Assembly (NCBI GenBank): GCA_963765895.1
Contig: CAVXZB010000004.1
Span: 1 to 19,051 of the forward strand
Source of the DNA: an uncultured Nitrososphaeraceae archaeon
GTDB lineage: Archaea; Thermoproteota; Nitrososphaeria; Nitrososphaerales; Nitrososphaeraceae
Direction: 5' to 3'
Length of the DNA: 19,051 bases
In this document: piece after piece, positions 17,956 through 19,051 of the stretch
Layout of the letters: each line of letters begins with the position of its first letter
Position numbering within the stretch: the stretch's first letter is position 1
The notes under the pieces: generated by a model
What the model saw: only the letters and a program-made list of their open reading frames with translations
Database searches by the model: none
What the model was told of the DNA's origin: nothing
Made by a program: the position numbers and the translations under genes

Positions 17956-18195
17956 ATGAAAGACAACGCAAGTATTCAATGTTTAAGTATTGCACCCGGT
18001 CTTAAGAATTTGCTAGAATGCTGTGGATTATTTACAGTTAAATCCGTTGCAAATCACAGCCAAGAGGAGATCGCCGTCTTGTTAGAAATCGACACTTATG
18101 TTGCAGGAATAATTGCTCAAGCTGCAAAAAAATCTCTAAAAGATTCTGAACGCAATATTGCAACTACAGCTGCAGCTATGGTTAGTATTCATTAA
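17956..18195 (+). CDS. small helix-hairpin-helix-like protein (RadA N-terminal/HhH-like)
   Basis: LSIAPGLKNLLECCGLFTVKSVANHSQEEIAVLLEIDTYVAGIIAQAAK fits the L..G..T...lA..s.eel...l.I....A..I...A pattern. Confidence 0.6.
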   Translation: MKDNASIQCLSIAPGLKNLLECCGLFTVKSVANHSQEEIAVLLEIDTYVAGIIAQAAKKSLKDSERNIATTAAAMVSIH

Positions 18196-18341
18196 TATAT
18201 TATAATACTTTAATTGCAGCTCGGTACTGACATCACTGTAGACGATAGTCCTATAGATCACATTATTAATTACTCTTAATATAGAGAATGGTTCATTTTA
18301 TATTACGAAACTTGTAACAATCTAAAGGGGTTATATTCGAC

Positions 18342-18476
18342 ATGAAATGTGCTTGCTGCGGAGGAGATATGCTAAGAAATAAGGAATTGGAAAATACAAT
18401 AATTTACAAATGTAAAGAATGTGGTCTTAGCAATACAGAACTAAAAGCAAATGATGGTCATAATACTTTCACATAA
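18342..18476 (+). CDS. small zinc-ribbon protein (44 aa)
   Basis: MKCACCGGDMLRNKELENTIIYKCKECGLSNTELKANDGHNTFT*. Two CxxCG knuckles 17 residues apart. Confidence 0.7.
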   Translation: MKCACCGGDMLRNKELENTIIYKCKECGLSNTELKANDGHNTFT

Positions 18477-19002
18477 GTATTGAGCGTACATTCTACAACA
18501 GTACATATTCATCTTGTAGGCACAACCAAAAGTGATAATGGTCATGTTCATGCTCTATGTAAAGATAAAGACAAAACAAAGAAATAAAAATTATCTAGCA
18601 ATTGATTCCTCTTGGCAAATAATTATGCATGAGAAAATCCATAGCTGACTAGAATACTAGGACTTTTAAGATTGAATAACAGGAACAATAGATATTATTT
18701 TGGGATTAACAAAGTTAATCGAGAGTTAATTATGATGATTTATAAAATACTATATATGACATCGACTCTTCTTTCGTTTTTCAGCCCTACTACAAGATTA
18801 TATCTCAAGCATGCGTACATAGTTACAAGAGAAGGAAAGATCTACGATTAGGTCATCTGCTATCGATTCTAGAATATCATTGTCGATGACATTAGAGGCC
18901 TCGTTACATTCGGTAATAAGAATTAGAAATGAATGGTATGTTTCAGAAGGTATGCATCTTGCATTTAGTATCACGCGGTTAACTAAAGAAGATTATTAAG
19001 CT

Positions 19003-19051
19003 ATGAGAAACCCCTTCAAGAAATCAAATAATAAGACACCCGAAGGAGAAC
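19003..19051 (+). CDS. possible 5' start of a CDS running off the right edge
   Basis: ATG 19003, open to the end of the window (MRNPFKKSNNKTPEGE). Confidence 0.3.
   Translation, partial: MRNPFKKSNNKTPEGE

Noticed and set aside
1-19051. CRISPR array, rRNA or defence-system operon
   Set aside because: No regularly spaced repeats, no extended GC-rich structural RNA, and no cas, nuclease or retron-like motifs were seen by eye.

Overview
AT-rich archaeal chromosomal window, most consistent with an ammonia-oxidising archaeon of the Nitrososphaeraceae (Ca. Nitrosocosmicus-like). This placement is inferred from the thaumarchaeal-type parvulin, the MEDS-like protein, stand-alone receiver domains, the SelB-like protein and the low GC. 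Apparently intact genes: a poly-Asn MEDS-like sensor, parvulin PPIase, HxlR regulator, universal stress protein, a phasin-like helical protein, a DUF1348/SnoaL-like protein, an archaeal SelB-like EF-Tu-domain protein, a receiver-domain protein, two membrane proteins and several microproteins below the ORF-track cutoff (two Zn-finger types, three hydrophilins). About eleven gene remnants can be read by hand: PPOX/F420 oxidoreductase, arsM, two receiver domains, DUF72, class III cyclase, IS6 transposase, tyrosine integrase C-terminus, TRAM-domain N-terminus, an HTH protein and a SAM methyltransferase. A decayed mobile-element scar spans about 9.2-12 kb (IS6 terminal repeat, integrase remnant, tRNA 3'-end fragment). 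I see no CRISPR array, rRNA or complete tRNA, and no complete novel multi-gene system. The best leads are the microprotein cluster at 16.6-18.6 kb, the HxlR-arsM pairing and the integrative-element scar. All family calls come from motif recognition, not database searches.
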